DNA of 63,758 nucleotides, filler included, from Conidiobolus incongruus B7586 (taxonomy: Eukaryota): NCBI GenBank assembly GCA_000697335.1. It is 7 parts of 7 records of this genome, joined end to end, with 100 filler letters (N's around TTAATTAATTAA, not from the genome) between each part and the next. Parts side by side here need not be neighbours in the genome. Positions count along the whole stretch, not along the records: positions 1 to 13,885 come from JNEM01006966.1; positions 13,986 to 20,121 come from JNEM01006970.1; 5 more parts are not named here. One strand, written 5' to 3'. The position numbers and the translations under genes were made by a program. The notes under the pieces are model-generated. The model was given only the letters and a program-made list of their open reading frames with translations. It had not been told where the DNA came from and made no database searches. This document shows positions 1 through 14,804 of the stretch, one piece after another (the first letter of the stretch is position 1; every line of letters starts with the position of its first letter).

Positions 1-249
1 AAGTTTTATTACTATAAAGAACTTAATAATAAGTAATTTATATCAAAATAGTCAAAACAAGTATTTATTAAAACAATATCAAACCTTTATATATCCTAAT
101 TATATATTATTTTATTAAAAAAATATAAAATTTATTAAAAATAATAGTATACTTAAAATATTAAAAATTAACAAATTTCCCAATATTTTTATCCTAAGTT
201 AATATAATAATATTCATAGTTAAATTACTGATACTAAGCGTAATATTTT

Positions 250-1000
250 TATTACTAATAGATTTGATATTCTGATATTCCTATGATGACTTATAATAAG
301 ATTATCAGGATTGATTATAGAGTTATTATTAAATTTAATTTTAATATTAATAGAGCTAATCATAATTTCTTTTTCATTTTTATTAATAGAATTATTTTAT
401 CAGTATAAAGAGTCAATTATAAGAAAATTAGATAATATAAGTACTATATTACATAGTATATTATATTGTCCAGGAATTTATATAAAACTCAATATAACTC
501 ATTTATTAGAAAATAGCTAATTATCTAATAGTAATTTAAAACATTTATGTTGATATTAAATAGGAGTTAAATAAGTGTATTTAAGGGTTTTCTTATCTTA
601 ATACTTAGTCAAATTGACAACTCTCTCTTTCAATTCTTATTTTTGAATTAAATATTTCTTCCCAATAATAGCTTTGGAAAGACTACTTTACTTCCTATTA
701 TATTTAGATTTATAATAGGTAAGTTGGATTATATTAATAATAAAGAATGGTTTTTAAAATTTATCAGCAACAGTTAAAAGAAAATTGATCTGAAATTCCA
801 TTGAACTCAATCCATACACAATTAGATATTATTGAGAACAATAAGTATTTGATTATTTAAATTTGATATATAACATAGATCCAAGTAAAATTGTTTATTG
901 AGTTATATTCAGAAATAGAATTAGGCTTATTAAAATTGATTATTATGAGATATCTATTATATTTAATATATGTTTAAATTGTTTAACTTTGACTTATTAG
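250..1000 (-). mobile_element. Highly degenerate LTR-retrotransposon pol (RNase H-like) remnant
   Basis: Minus-strand reading with stops and a frameshift gives KIRKPLNTL...R*LAIF**...*IPGQYNILCN. This resembles the Ty3/gypsy RNase H C-terminal motifs TDHKPL / RW / HIPGKxNxxAD. Boundaries approximate. Confidence 0.3.
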
Positions 1001-2912
1001 CGTAACTTAACTACTATTTTATTATAATTTTATAGTTTAATATTTGATATGCATAAATTAATAATTTAAAATTAATTTGAATGTTTTATTTGTATGAAAA
1101 GTGTTAAGGTAGGTAAATAATTTAAACAATGCAAAATATATAATTTAATTTTTATTAAATTAATCAAATTTCCAATTTTTTTGATTTAATGATTTTATAA
1201 ATTTGAAAATATTACAAGTCTCCAAATATTAAATTAGTTTTATAATATTCTTTTTGATTATAAACCATATATATTTCAAAACATTTTAAATATGTTAAAT
1301 TTATCATTGGATAAAGCTGAATATAATATTTCATAATAATATTAGTCAATCAAAATAGTAATATTTTAAGCTTTTTCATTAAATAAATCTTTATAAAATA
1401 ACAGCGATTATTTTTATTTTAGTAATTTAGGAATAAAATCAGTTATAATTAATATAATTGATATTTAATTCATTACTTAATATATTTAACTTTTAATATA
1501 AAATATTCAATGATATGATGTTTACTTGATTTATTATTGATTCTATATTTATTAATAGGAATAATTAAATATTTCAATATTACCCAATATATAATAATTC
1601 AAAATAAATTAGAATATTGCTTTCAATTCCCTTTTATAACTTGGATTATTTGAACTTCAATAAAATATTTTATTAAATACTAAAATATTGATTAACTATT
1701 CATTAAAGATATATTATAATTGAAGCTTTTTATTGAAATACTAATCGATATTTAATTAACAAAAGGAAATGGAATTTCAAATTTTTAAATATAATTTGGT
1801 TTATTTATTATATATTATTTTTTCAGAATTATTAATACCATTTATTGTCAAATCTCTATAAATTATAACCTGTGATAAAGAGTTATTTGAGTATAAAAAT
1901 TGAAAAAAGTATAACTGATAATAAGTTGGAAGATTCAATATATAATACTTTGTTGAAGCTAACTTAAATATATCAAGAACCAAAAGAAGATATAGATAAA
2001 ACATAACTCTTTCTAATATTAACTATATAAATTATATCACTTAGCAAAATCAAATAAAGCCTATTTATTATCATCTTGATTTTATTATATTATTATCCAG
2101 AAATAATTGGAGATTAATGAAAAAATTAGTATTTTGAGTATTTCATTTTAAAATTCATAATTAAATAGATAATAGAAAAAAAAAATAAAAATTTATATTA
2201 GTAAAATATTTATCCTATATTCTTGAAATACTATGACAATAGTTGATATTTTGATCTCATTATAAAATTTTTAATAAGGAATACAAATAATGCTGAGGTT
2301 AAATAGCTATAATGTTCATTATCAATACGAAATCAACGACTATTTAAAACAGAAAAATCCTATCATAAACTATGAATATTATAAGAATATCATTCTACTA
2401 AGTTAGTTTCATATTATACAATCTATTAATTCATTATATTAAATATCTTTGGAAATTAACATTATTAGTTAATATAAAAAGGTGAATTTACAAGCAATAT
2501 ATCTTACATAATAATTGCTATATATCAAGAAATAATTTTATTAAAAATTTGAATATTCAAAATAACTGGCCTATATTTCGGCATTAACTATATTCACCAA
2601 GTATGAATTCCTATAAATTTGATTTTTTTTAGTGAGTATAAAAATATTAGATATTTTAAATTTGATTTAAAAGATAAAATTTTAATTTTGGTAATGAATT
2701 TTTTAAAAAATATATATATATAATAATTAAAAATTGTTTATTTAGTAAATAATTAATAATATAATTTAAAAATAGGCAGGTAATTATAATTATATTTAAT
2801 GAGGATTTTATATTATAGTAAACATTCCATATACCTGAAATTACTTGTACGAATATCTAATCATTTTTGTAAAAATCATGAATATTCTTTGTATTTTACA
2901 AGTATCAATTTT

Positions 2913-2944
<32 letters not shown>

Positions 2945-3757
2945 CAATATTTATCATAGCTTTTTAATTGTTATTATTAAATATTATATATTATTTGAAG
3001 TTCAATAATACAAATTTTTCTTTAATTTTTATTATTATTAATGAGGAAAGTTATTAATGTGGATTATGTAGAAGTACCAATAAAGCCTATTTTAATAATA
3101 TATTTGCAGCAAATTATAACGTAAATGATTGTATTTGTATAAAATGTAAGTTTAAATCTTGTTAATATTTACAATGTTACTTGGAGCCAATATGAAAAAT
3201 TATCAATTGAAAGATCTGTATATATGCTTCAAATAAGTATTACATACAATGGCAAATGTTGACGTTGGGATGTTGAGTAAAAAGGATTAAGCCAATAATA
3301 TTTTAATGGTTTTCTTAATATAAATTCAAGTGTGGATTTTGAATGAAATGTATACTTGTCAAGCACTAATATTGTTAATTTTTATTTAATCACTAAACCA
3401 GACAAAACATGGTATTTTTCCTGAAAATAACTGGTAAATATCAGCAAAAGGAAAATTAGAACTCTAATTCTTAAATCAAAAACCTCAAAACAAAAGATTT
3501 CAAATCTATATTTTAGAAATATAATTCTAGTTCTTGAATTTAATAATTGTATTGTGAAACATAACTTAATCTATGTCAAAATTCAAATTGAAAATATTAT
3601 AATATCCTTAATAATAACATTTCAATAATTATAAGAGACATTATTTGTATTAATACATAAAAAATCAAATTAGTCAACAACATTTAAAATTGAGAAAAGT
3701 GAAAGTAATCACAATATTATATTATTATGGTATATAGATATAATATTGTTGAAAGAA

Positions 3758-4738
3758 TTATATGATTTGGTTAGATTGAACTAAACCTACTCGTTCATCA
3801 TTCGTGATGATTTCATTTGGTTCTAATTCATATTCAACAATATCAAAATTTTTATCACTACTCTGTAATACTTCATTGATCATCCTCTTACATATCATAT
3901 ATACATATATTGTTACTCCCAGACCTACTAAGCCAACAACTATAAATACAAAATAGTAGAATGGTGAACCCGAGCCTAAACCTTTGACTAATGTTTTAAG
4001 AGTCGATCCAATATACACATGTGCAAATAACTTAACCAATGAGAGTGTTGTAGCAAATATGAAAACTTTAAAAGACACTGAAGTAATGGATAAAAACAAA
4101 TTCAAGATATTCCAAGGATATGGTGCTATCCTTATTAACAAAAGTAGACGAAATCCACCTATTTCAATTGCTTGCAACACCGATTCAATATATGAATAAT
4201 TTTTTAAAAAACTCCTAACATAATTAGCTCCAAAATATCTAGCCAATAGGAAGCAAAGGGAAGCACCTATAACTCCTCCCAAAAATGCTGGAATAAAACC
4301 TAGAGGGAAACCATAAACGAATCCACATAATACAGTGAATGTACCATAACCTGGAATTAGAGGGAATGCTGTCAAAATCGTGAATAGAACAGGAATAAAT
4401 ATCCCACTAGAAATATAAATATTATAAGCCGCTATAAAAAAAGATAAAAATATTAATTACCCTACACCAAGTGATTTCAAATATACTGCTAACTTTTCTA
4501 ATCCTTCAAAAATGGGATTATGATATATAATCACTAATATAAAAACGATCAAATTCAATACTACAAATAAAGCACCGTAAAGTATCGTGGTTTTATGTTC
4601 TAAGAAATAAAGGTACCAACTCTGTATTGTAGTGTAGAAATCGGTTTTATGATTGAGTAGATCATGAGTTGAATCAAAAGGCAGGTCCTCTTCAATGTGA
4701 GTAGAAGATCTTGGAAATTTTACTTCTTGATTAGACAT
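3758..4738 (-). CDS. TVP38: SNARE-associated Golgi membrane protein (TVP38/TMEM64, DedA/VTT family); 2 exons 4738-4461, 4406-3758
   Basis: Motifs FPLIPGY, GFVYGF, LLLLIRIAPYPW and VYIGS. A 54-nt GT-AG intron (4460-4407) joins the two ORFs in frame. Confidence 0.85.
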
Positions 4739-5458
4739 ATTATTTAAAATTTATATAATATAATTTGATTATAATAAGTTTATTGTCTAATAATTAAAGA
4801 TTAAAATTGATTAAATAATAAGAAAAAGTGGCATTAATTTTATGACATATTCCAGCTTGATTATTGATAATGGATACTTTTAAAATCCATCATATGCGTT
4901 GTGCAAGTTCCAATCAAATTCACCTTCATTTCCTGCGTAAAAAAAATTAAGCATCATTAAATTCCAAAATCAGCTAATAATTTATTAAATTTCAGTTCTC
5001 AGATTTCAAATATATTGTCATGTTATTGTTATCAGGTAAACTTAATTATATATAATATCTTCCTTAATATCTTAATTACATTATAATTAACATTAACCAC
5101 AAAATAAGTATTTATATATATTTTCAAATAACAAAACAAATGTGATAAAATCGAATTAAATTTAATCATCGAAGGATCCGCCCAAAATATTCAACTTATA
5201 CACTTTTGTATATTTATAGGAAAATTAAGAAAATAATTTTGTATATTATTCTAGATTAATTTAAAAAATATTGATAAAAGTGTATAGTCGAATAAAGATA
5301 TGTATATACATATTATGTAAGTGCAATTTTGAAATTTAAATTATATTGACAATAATCAAAAAATTTCAACTCGAAAATATTTTTATTTATCTATTTCTAT
5401 TCAAAAATACGCATAACTCTGAAATATATTTTTTAATTGCTATACAATACATATTTTT

Positions 5459-5728
5459 CGTAGCAGACCCGTTCGACCCTTAAAATTCAATCACTCGCAA
5501 ACCCTATCACAGATCCACCTACAATACGATCAACAAATACACCCGACTTTCGGAATCAATTATTCTATCCGACGTGTTACCTGAATGCCAGGAATACACG
5601 TCAACCTAATTATAAATATGCCAACTATCACTAAATTTCCACTTCAGTCATCTTCCTAGGGTACTGGCTTACAATCTAGGTTAAACAATAAATTATTTCC
5701 TTTTCTTTATCTAAGAGTCAGCGCTACA
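5459..5728 (+). mobile_element. Probable solo LTR (~270 bp)
   Basis: GC-richer island with termini CGTAGCA...CGCTACA (imperfect inverted repeat, degenerate TG..CA), an internal TATAAAT and a downstream AATAAA. No TSD seen. Confidence 0.5.
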
Positions 5729-6352
5729 GAAGGCAACTATTTTATCTAGGTCTATTAAACACTTGATTTTCAAGCAATTATTACATAATTTTGAAATTAT
5801 TTAATTAAAAACTTAAAATTTTAATCAAAGAAATTTTTTATATGAAAATATAATACTAATTAAATAATTTCAGATATAATTTATTACTAATATCTTTGTA
5901 ATTCAATTACTATGAACTGTTTAAATCACTTGGAGACAATATTTAATAAAAACTAATTATTTCTAAATTTATATACAAACTAATTATTGATAAAATTGTA
6001 ATACATTCTCAGTAGCTTTATCTATTATAAGATATCAAGTAAGAATTCAAATTTATAAATTTAGCATAAAATTGTTATAATGAAATGAATTTTTAATTTT
6101 AATGGTAGTTTTCATTATTTTATAGAACTATTTTCAATAATAATATTCATAAATTAATTTTAATATTAATAAAATTTTAAATTTAATAATTGGATATAAT
6201 AAATTATTATAATATTAAATATTTTTTTAATGTTTTTTAATGGATTTTTATTATACTGATATAAAATCCCATAATATTACAAAAACGTTTTTAAAATGAG
6301 ACTGTTTATGAGAGAAAATATATTGAATTAACCATTAAAAATTAATTTAAAA

Positions 6353-7657
<1,305 letters not shown>

Positions 7658-8222
7658 GTATAATTAAAAATCAATAATATGAATAACTTTATTTAATCAT
7701 AATTATCAAATAATTTAATCAAAACTTAAAACACTAAATAATGGTTTAGATACCTATTTTTTAAATCAAATACCTTTAAAATACTCAAAAACTAAACATT
7801 TAGTACATATAATATTTATAAATATTTGAAATTCCAATCACATTATATTTACATTCTTTATTTTAAAAATAAATAAACTACATAAATTTAATTATTTTCT
7901 TATTTAATAATAATCTGATTTATTTCCAAATTTTTCGATTATTTTTTGCATTCAAAAATATTAATTAAATTTCAAAAATTAGTAATCTAAATTCCAATAT
8001 TTCACAAAAAAATAATGATTTATAACAATAAAAAATAAATATATTTACAATTATATTTCAAAAAATATAGCTATATAGAATAATGATATTGATTTCGCTT
8101 AATCGTATTTAAAATATATAAAAATATGTATTTAATAAGGGTCTTCTATTACTAAGAATATTATTATAAAGTATGAAGATTAAAACTAGATAGGTGAATC
8201 ATATATACATATCAATTGTGAT

Positions 8223-10793
8223 TCAAGGTCTAACCCCAATTTGGTTTCCAACAGCAAGTAAAGTCTCAATCTTGTTCTGAGAATTTTCAATCAAGTCCTT
8301 GTCAAAGATGATTTTACCCTTTTCAAACAAAACAAGAATGGTAGATCCTCCAAAGGCGAAGTAACCATGCTCTTGTAGTCTCTGAACAGGCTGGTTGGGT
8401 GTAGAGGTAAGAATAATAGATCCGACCATCATGGCTCCAATACAGCACATGACAACGTTACCAAACTCAGGGGAATTGATGACACTGATTACGCGAGTGT
8501 TGTTACCATATACATCTAAAGTGGAACGAATGGCCATAGGGTTGACAGTGTAGTATTCACCTTCGATCTTATATGGATCACTGATAATACCGTCGACAGG
8601 AATGTGGAAGCGATGGTAGTCTTGAGGAGCAAGTCGGAAAATAGCGAGGGATCCCCCATTAAGATTATCAATAATTTGAGGGTCCTTAATAGCTCCTGAC
8701 AACAGGTTTTCAATGCTGAAGTTTTCTCCCTTAATCCAGAGCTGCTTGGCAATTTCAACGGTAGGGAAAACCATGACTCTTGAATCTGCTGGAGAGACAG
8801 CTACCCTGGGATCTTCAGAAGCAAGTTTACGATAGCCTGGCTTTAATTTACGGTAGAAAAATTCGTTAAAGTTTTGGAATGAATCTAACGGATCCAAGAT
8901 TTCTTCAGTGTTCAACTTGTGGAATCGGATGAAAGGAGCAATTTCTCTCTTTGATAAGATATCCGTGTATTTCTCACCTTGCTTAATGGACATGTTTCTG
9001 AGAATCTTCTTGACAGATGCGTTGGTGGCAGATTTACCAGTGCGGTATAACAAGCGAATACCCATACGAATGTATACTGGCATCTTTTCTTCAATGATTT
9101 CACCAGTACGACGGTCTTGGACCAAAATATTAGCATTATCAACACCAGTTTCGTATGAACCATAGCTGACGTAGGTTGCGATCTTGGTAAACCATTTCCT
9201 TTGAGCATGGGCTTCGGTGATCATATTACCCATAATGATTCTGTCAATTTTACTTGGATCTGCTGAATAGCATAATGAAATATGTGATACGATATCCAAA
9301 TCAGAATCTCTCTTGTTATGAAATTGTGTTTGACAAATTGGACAATTTCTCACAGTTACAACATGCTCTTCTGTACTATTAGTATTGGGAGAAGAAGGTC
9401 TTGAACCTCCAACGCGAGATGTGCTCATAAGCTCTTCTAGACAAGTCACGAGCTCAGTGAAAGTAAGCTCGTCATGAGAAGGAGTTTTATTATAACGACT
9501 GAAGAATCCCATAACAGTATCTTCGCTTACTGTTGATTCTAAACTTTCCAACATGGTAATGATTTCAGTGGAGTTCATACGACCATTGCCATCAGTATCA
9601 TAGCTCTTGGTCATTGCATACCAGAAATTCTTACGAATAGTAGCATAGGGACAGAAAGAAGCTTTGATGATCAATTTTGACTGAAATTTCTCTTGCCAGA
9701 TTTTCTTGTCTAAATCCAAATTCAAGGCAAAGGTGGTTGAAGGTGGCTCAATGTATTCTTTGGGCTTAAAGGATGTATGATTTGGAGAGTTGATAGGTTC
9801 CATGTTGGCCTTGTAGGAGACTGGCTCGTTTACGTTAAGATTCTTGACTTGGTGTAATAGTTCTGGATCGTTATCATCGATAGGGCAATTGGCTAAAAGT
9901 AAATGCAATGGGGTAGAATGAGACCCAATAAAGTCATTGTTGCTGAATTTATCATAGTCATACACAGAGAATTTGATGTTGTAGCTCAACATGTCTTGAG
10001 TGACTTTGAAGATCATTCTCTCGTTCCAAACAGGATTACGATCATGTCGAATTGTGGATGTCTTAAAAGTTGTTTTACCAAGAGTTACAACAACAAATGG
10101 ATCCATATCGAAAGAGTTACCAACCACAGCTTTGTCATAAGGAAGGTCACTTGCAGAAACAATGTCCAAAAATACCAATCCGCCACCTTCACTATCAACG
10201 GAGTCGCTCGAACCACCAATCGAAGAGTTCAGATTATCTTCACTGTTGGCTGTAAGTTTGGCTGTTTGGCTTAACGCATAGTAGTATTTGTTCAGAATTT
10301 CTAAGTGCTTTTCGCTTGAAGCAACAATACCCATTTCAAATTGAATTTCACCAGTGATGTTGTCGTCAGGTAAACGTGCTTCCAAAGGATACCAAGTGCC
10401 TTCCGAAGGTTCATTATTACTTCTCCAGAGGATAGGGGAGCCGTCTTCATTGAATAAGCTCTTCATACTGATTTTAGTTTCGCCCATAAAGTCACGACCA
10501 AAGCGGTCCCAATCCCAGCAGACAACCTTGATAGTTGTAGGGAAACGACTCCAGTCAGGAATAAGGTCCAAGATTTCATTCCACTCAGGATTCAAAGTCT
10601 TCTTCTGCTTACTGCTTTGCACTCTACCACCTTCCACCTTGATAACAACAAAAGGGTCAGAAAAGCCATTTAAATCTCTGGACACGAGATTTCGACCTCT
10701 AATTAAACGAAATCGAATAAAGGGATTTGAATTATCATCACTGTTATAGATAGGTGAAGAGGATGAATAGTCAGAAGATAGTTTCTTAGACAT
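8223..10793 (-). CDS. PSD2: Phosphatidylserine decarboxylase 2 proenzyme (two C2 domains, EF-hand-like region, PSD domain)
   Basis: 856-aa ORF with C2 motifs (DLNGFSDPFV, MDPFVVV), FNEFFYRKLKP, RLAPQDYHRFH, and the autocleavage motif FGGST. Confidence 0.95.
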   Translation of the reverse strand: MSKKLSSDYSSSSPIYNSDDNSNPFIRFRLIRGRNLVSRDLNGFSDPFVVIKVEGGRVQSSKQKKTLNPEWNEILDLIPDWSRFPTTIKVVCWDWDRFGRDFMGETKISMKSLFNEDGSPILWRSNNEPSEGTWYPLEARLPDDNITGEIQFEMGIVASSEKHLEILNKYYYALSQTAKLTANSEDNLNSSIGGSSDSVDSEGGGLVFLDIVSASDLPYDKAVVGNSFDMDPFVVVTLGKTTFKTSTIRHDRNPVWNERMIFKVTQDMLSYNIKFSVYDYDKFSNNDFIGSHSTPLHLLLANCPIDDNDPELLHQVKNLNVNEPVSYKANMEPINSPNHTSFKPKEYIEPPSTTFALNLDLDKKIWQEKFQSKLIIKASFCPYATIRKNFWYAMTKSYDTDGNGRMNSTEIITMLESLESTVSEDTVMGFFSRYNKTPSHDELTFTELVTCLEELMSTSRVGGSRPSSPNTNSTEEHVVTVRNCPICQTQFHNKRDSDLDIVSHISLCYSADPSKIDRIIMGNMITEAHAQRKWFTKIATYVSYGSYETGVDNANILVQDRRTGEIIEEKMPVYIRMGIRLLYRTGKSATNASVKKILRNMSIKQGEKYTDILSKREIAPFIRFHKLNTEEILDPLDSFQNFNEFFYRKLKPGYRKLASEDPRVAVSPADSRVMVFPTVEIAKQLWIKGENFSIENLLSGAIKDPQIIDNLNGGSLAIFRLAPQDYHRFHIPVDGIISDPYKIEGEYYTVNPMAIRSTLDVYGNNTRVISVINSPEFGNVVMCCIGAMMVGSIILTSTPNQPVQRLQEHGYFAFGGSTILVLFEKGKIIFDKDLIENSQNKIETLLAVGNQIGVRP

Positions 10794-12664
10794 TGTAGTA
10801 TAGAAATGTGAATATATTGAATGGGGCTATTTATGCAATTATGAAGCTAAGATTATAATTTCAACAATAGATATTCAAGTTAAGCCAACTATTTTTTAAT
10901 TCATTCGAAATAAGGTGATAACAACATTTAGAAATCCTATCCAAATATAGTTAATTTGACTTTATAATTTTATCCAGTAACATAACGATTTTCATAGTTT
11001 CAAATGATTGATTTTGGTTAAAATCTATAATTTTAGTAGAGTGGTATATTAGCAAAATAAATATCAAGTACTCGAATTTGTTTTAACATCAACTTATATC
11101 AATCAATTTAAACAATTTTTTATGTTAACGAATATCTGATTTATAAATAATATTCTGTTGTTATTTGTGATATCATAAAAGAGAGATAATTTAATATTAT
11201 CTTGATTTAATTCAGTCACTTTTTTAATTACTGACAAATCCTCATTCAATTTCACAGTAATAAACTATTTTGCACTTTTAAATTTTGAATCAAAAATACA
11301 AACTCATGAAAATATATTGAATTTGGAAATATCATAATTTTCCAAATTTCATAATTATTTGAGCTCTGATCAAATAGTTATAAAATCAAGCATGATTTAT
11401 GTATGTGTTCAAATATTATTCAAACCAATATAACATTATTCTAAGATAATAATTATATTCAAGGTATCAGCTACTCTGATGAATCAATGAATTTAAATAT
11501 TCAAATTTGACTAACTTCATTTTAGCTCAATTGGATTTTGTTAATTTTGGTAATTAACCTTAAGATTTGATATTAAGTCACTATTTGTTCTTTTAGTAAT
11601 TACTCTGATAGGATAATCAAATGTCCAATTTTTGGCTAAGGCTTTCAATACTTTTATTCATTTATCAAATTGAGACCAATTCTCATATATTGTATCATAT
11701 GAATTAGTAACTACTAATATAGTTTAATAACTATTACATTTTATTTAATTATAATTTAATATTTGTATTGAATTGATAAATTTGAAAATACACCACAACA
11801 TCAATGAATTAATTAATTAATATTATGTTTAATTTTAACTAATTTAATTATTATACAAGATAACCTTTCCAAGTATTAGCTCCAATTCAATATTTTCACT
11901 TCTTTATTTACATTTAAAATCAACTAAATTCAATAATTTAACTTCAATAACCAAATTTGAGCAACTATAATAACACTCACTCAAGTTTAACTTAATAAGT
12001 GATAAAAAGTAATACAATTGTTTTCATATAGAGTATACGAATATTATGAATCTAGGAAATGTAACACTAATTCATAATTCAGTACTATTTTTTTAGTTTG
12101 TTCATAAGGTAATATAAATAATATTCAGGAGGGATCAAGTTCCTAAATTGGATGAAAAATACCGTGTTTTCAGACATATTGACCTTGTATTTAATTCAAA
12201 TTATTTCGGAAATTATAATTAATAAATTTCAGAATCTCTAATTATATAAATTTCATTTAAAATCAATAGTAACTACAAAAATTTAAATTTTGAGACAATA
12301 AATGTATTTGAAATCATTCATTTTACTATTATTTTTTTATTAATAAAATAATTTAATTTAATCTCCCTTAAGATATATTTAATTCTATATGACATGTATA
12401 TCGTACTCCAGAATATCTTCTTATAGTATATATCAACAATAATAAATTAAGTTGATATTTGATTGATTGAATTATTGTGCTGATTAATTAAATTATTTGG
12501 TTGCATTCTATTGGTATTTTGCCTAATGCATATTTAACCAAATTGATGCTTATGTAAATTGAAATTGTTCATAATAACCAATTATAACATAATACATATA
12601 CAGGTTTCAGTAATAGCTACAAATGATACGAAATTGAAAATGCAATTAATTTGAGCATTTAAGA

Positions 12665-13002
12665 TATTAACACGTCTTGTGAAAGCCGCGTCCAGAGTAG
12701 TTTAAGTAAAAGAGAGAGATCTGGAGAATTCCAGGTAAGTATTAGGGAGATAGGGGGATTTATTGATTTACATCAAATACCTGGAAGGACCCAGACCGAA
12801 CTCTTCCTCCTGAGGATAGCTCTAATTCCGGGTTTTATATAGTATGGGTTGGGTAATGTGATTCATGAGATTATCCGATGACTTGCATCATCGGCCAATT
12901 AAAAGATAGAGCAAGAGCAGATGGCAAGTGAGGGGGAAATGACTTTAGCATTAGGTTAATGTAAGGATACTTGGGTAGAAGGGAGTCGCCTAACTCGTGA
13001 CA
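12665..13002 (-). mobile_element. Solo LTR, family A (~338 bp)
   Basis: Minus strand starts TGTCACGAGTTAGG, contains CTATATAAAACC and AATAAA, and ends GACGTGTTAATA. Colinear and homologous with 26612-26952. Confidence 0.8.
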
Positions 13003-13985
13003 ATATTTTAAACAGAATTTTTATACGTATTCGGTAATATAATATCAATATTTAATTTCTATATTAGTAGTTCAATGGTCGAAAGTTTATTTCATTTAGT
13101 ATTTAATAATTTTATAACTGCATGTTTTTTAATAATTTTATTTAAAATCCATCACAAATATTTAACTTCATGATGCCAATTAATAAACTGAATATAATAA
13201 CCCAAATTGAAGAATCTTTTTTGCTCGTACTAAAATTAATTAAATAATATTCTATATATCTCCAAGGAGAATATTTTATTAAACAATATGCTTGAAAGAC
13301 CTAATATGCTCTGTTTATTTTTAATTCAGCCTTATTTATATTATTATCATTATAATATTCATTTTTTATACCTAAATTATTCCCTGTTCAATTAGTTCAA
13401 TTGAATTATGCAGTTTTCATAAATCTTTAAATTCAATAACAATGTGCCTTTAATTAAATTAAACAAAAGATTTCACTTATATTATAAAATTATGATTTAA
13501 AAGTTATTCTATAATTGGATTTAATCTTTTAAATCATAATTCAATAATTAAACACCCATATTTAATTGAATTTAATAATAAGTTTTTATTATATTAATAT
13601 TAAAAAATATAATTAGTAAATTTATTTAAAATTAATATACTAAATTCTTAAAATATTTTAATATCAATATAAGAGATAATATAATATACTCTTAATCTTA
13701 TTAAACATCCAAAATAAAATATATATATTTAATTATTATAAGTTATTATTTTTTATTATTAACTTTTATATAAATTAAATTATAAATATTTTGATTATTT
13801 TTATCTATATATTGATTATTAGAATATATTATTTTGACTAATAAATATTAATTTGTTTTATTAATTAAAATAAATATTTGATATANNNNNNNNNNNNNNN
13901 NNNNNNNNNNNNNNNNNNNNNNNNNNNNNTTAATTAATTAANNNNNNNNNNNNNNNNNNNNNNNNNNNNNNNNNNNNNNNNNNNN

Positions 13986-14351
13986 TATTTATTATTTACC
14001 AAAATAATGATAAAATATATAATATTAAATTTATAAAAAATTCTTTATATAAAAAAATAGAAAAAGTTATGATATCTGATATAATTATCAAATTATAACT
14101 TATATAACTATATTTGTTTTTAATAATTAAAAAATAATCTCATAAAAAAATCATTAAAAACAAAATAAATTAATATATAGAATATCAAATTTTAGTGTTT
14201 AATAAAAAGAACTATTTTTAATATATTAAAATCTTATTAAAAGTATAGAATAAAGTTGTTAATAATTAAAGAGAGAATTAATTTTATAAATCATATATTA
14301 ATATTTTTATTTAATTTTAAAATTATACCATTATTTAATTTTTGTACTAAT
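13986..14351 (+). mobile_element. Degenerate mariner-family remnant (3' part)
   Basis: Aligns by eye to the 3' transposase/TIR region of the copies at 52481-53799 and 62101-63420 (e.g. taataaaaagaactattttt...aaaagtatag). Confidence 0.55.
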
Positions 14352-14804
14352 ATTATTATTTATATAACATTCAAGAATTCAAATTATAAAAATGTTATTT
14401 ATTATAAAATTAAGATTATTAAGGTATAATATTAGGAAAAAAATAGTATTTTCAATTCAAAAATTTGTTTTTGAAATTAACAATTTGAACTCAATTATAT
14501 ATTTAAATTAATTATTCATAGATTTTATAGTTTCATTGGACAATGAAGTATAAGATATTATCAAGATAATTTTGAATGGCAATTTAAATCATAGATAAAT
14601 GATAATTTTATAATGTTATATTAGTGTAAAGTTTTGAGCACCATTCGATTTAATAGTAAACTTTAATACTATGTAAAATAATTATCGCTGTATTCAGATA
14701 TTCATTAGAAAGATTGGATTTAGATCTATAATTTATTACCATATACAACTTGTTGACTTTCAATTTGCCAAACTTTAGATATTATTAAATTTTATAATGA
14801 GATG

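Noticed and set aside
311..3008. Short I/L/F/Y/N/K-rich ORFs (311, 1801, 2799; also 16210, 34809, 43772, 52853)
   Set aside because: Chance ORFs in AT-rich or bleached transposon DNA.
8516..10749. Several overlapping and antisense ORFs within PSD2 (likewise within CCT2, DGA1 and the GPCR)
   Set aside because: Shadow ORFs of GC-richer coding sequence with no independent evidence.
8223..10793. PSD2 is intronless among intron-rich neighbours (possible retrocopy or HGT)
   Set aside because: No poly(A) tail or TSD, and the protein is a typical fungal PSD2. Other genes here are also intronless.
13886..13985. TTAATTAATTAA palindrome embedded in N runs (also at 20122, 51086, 58922, 60504 and 61739)
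   Set aside because: Identical 100-nt gap spacers carrying a six-frame stop linker. Assembly artefact.
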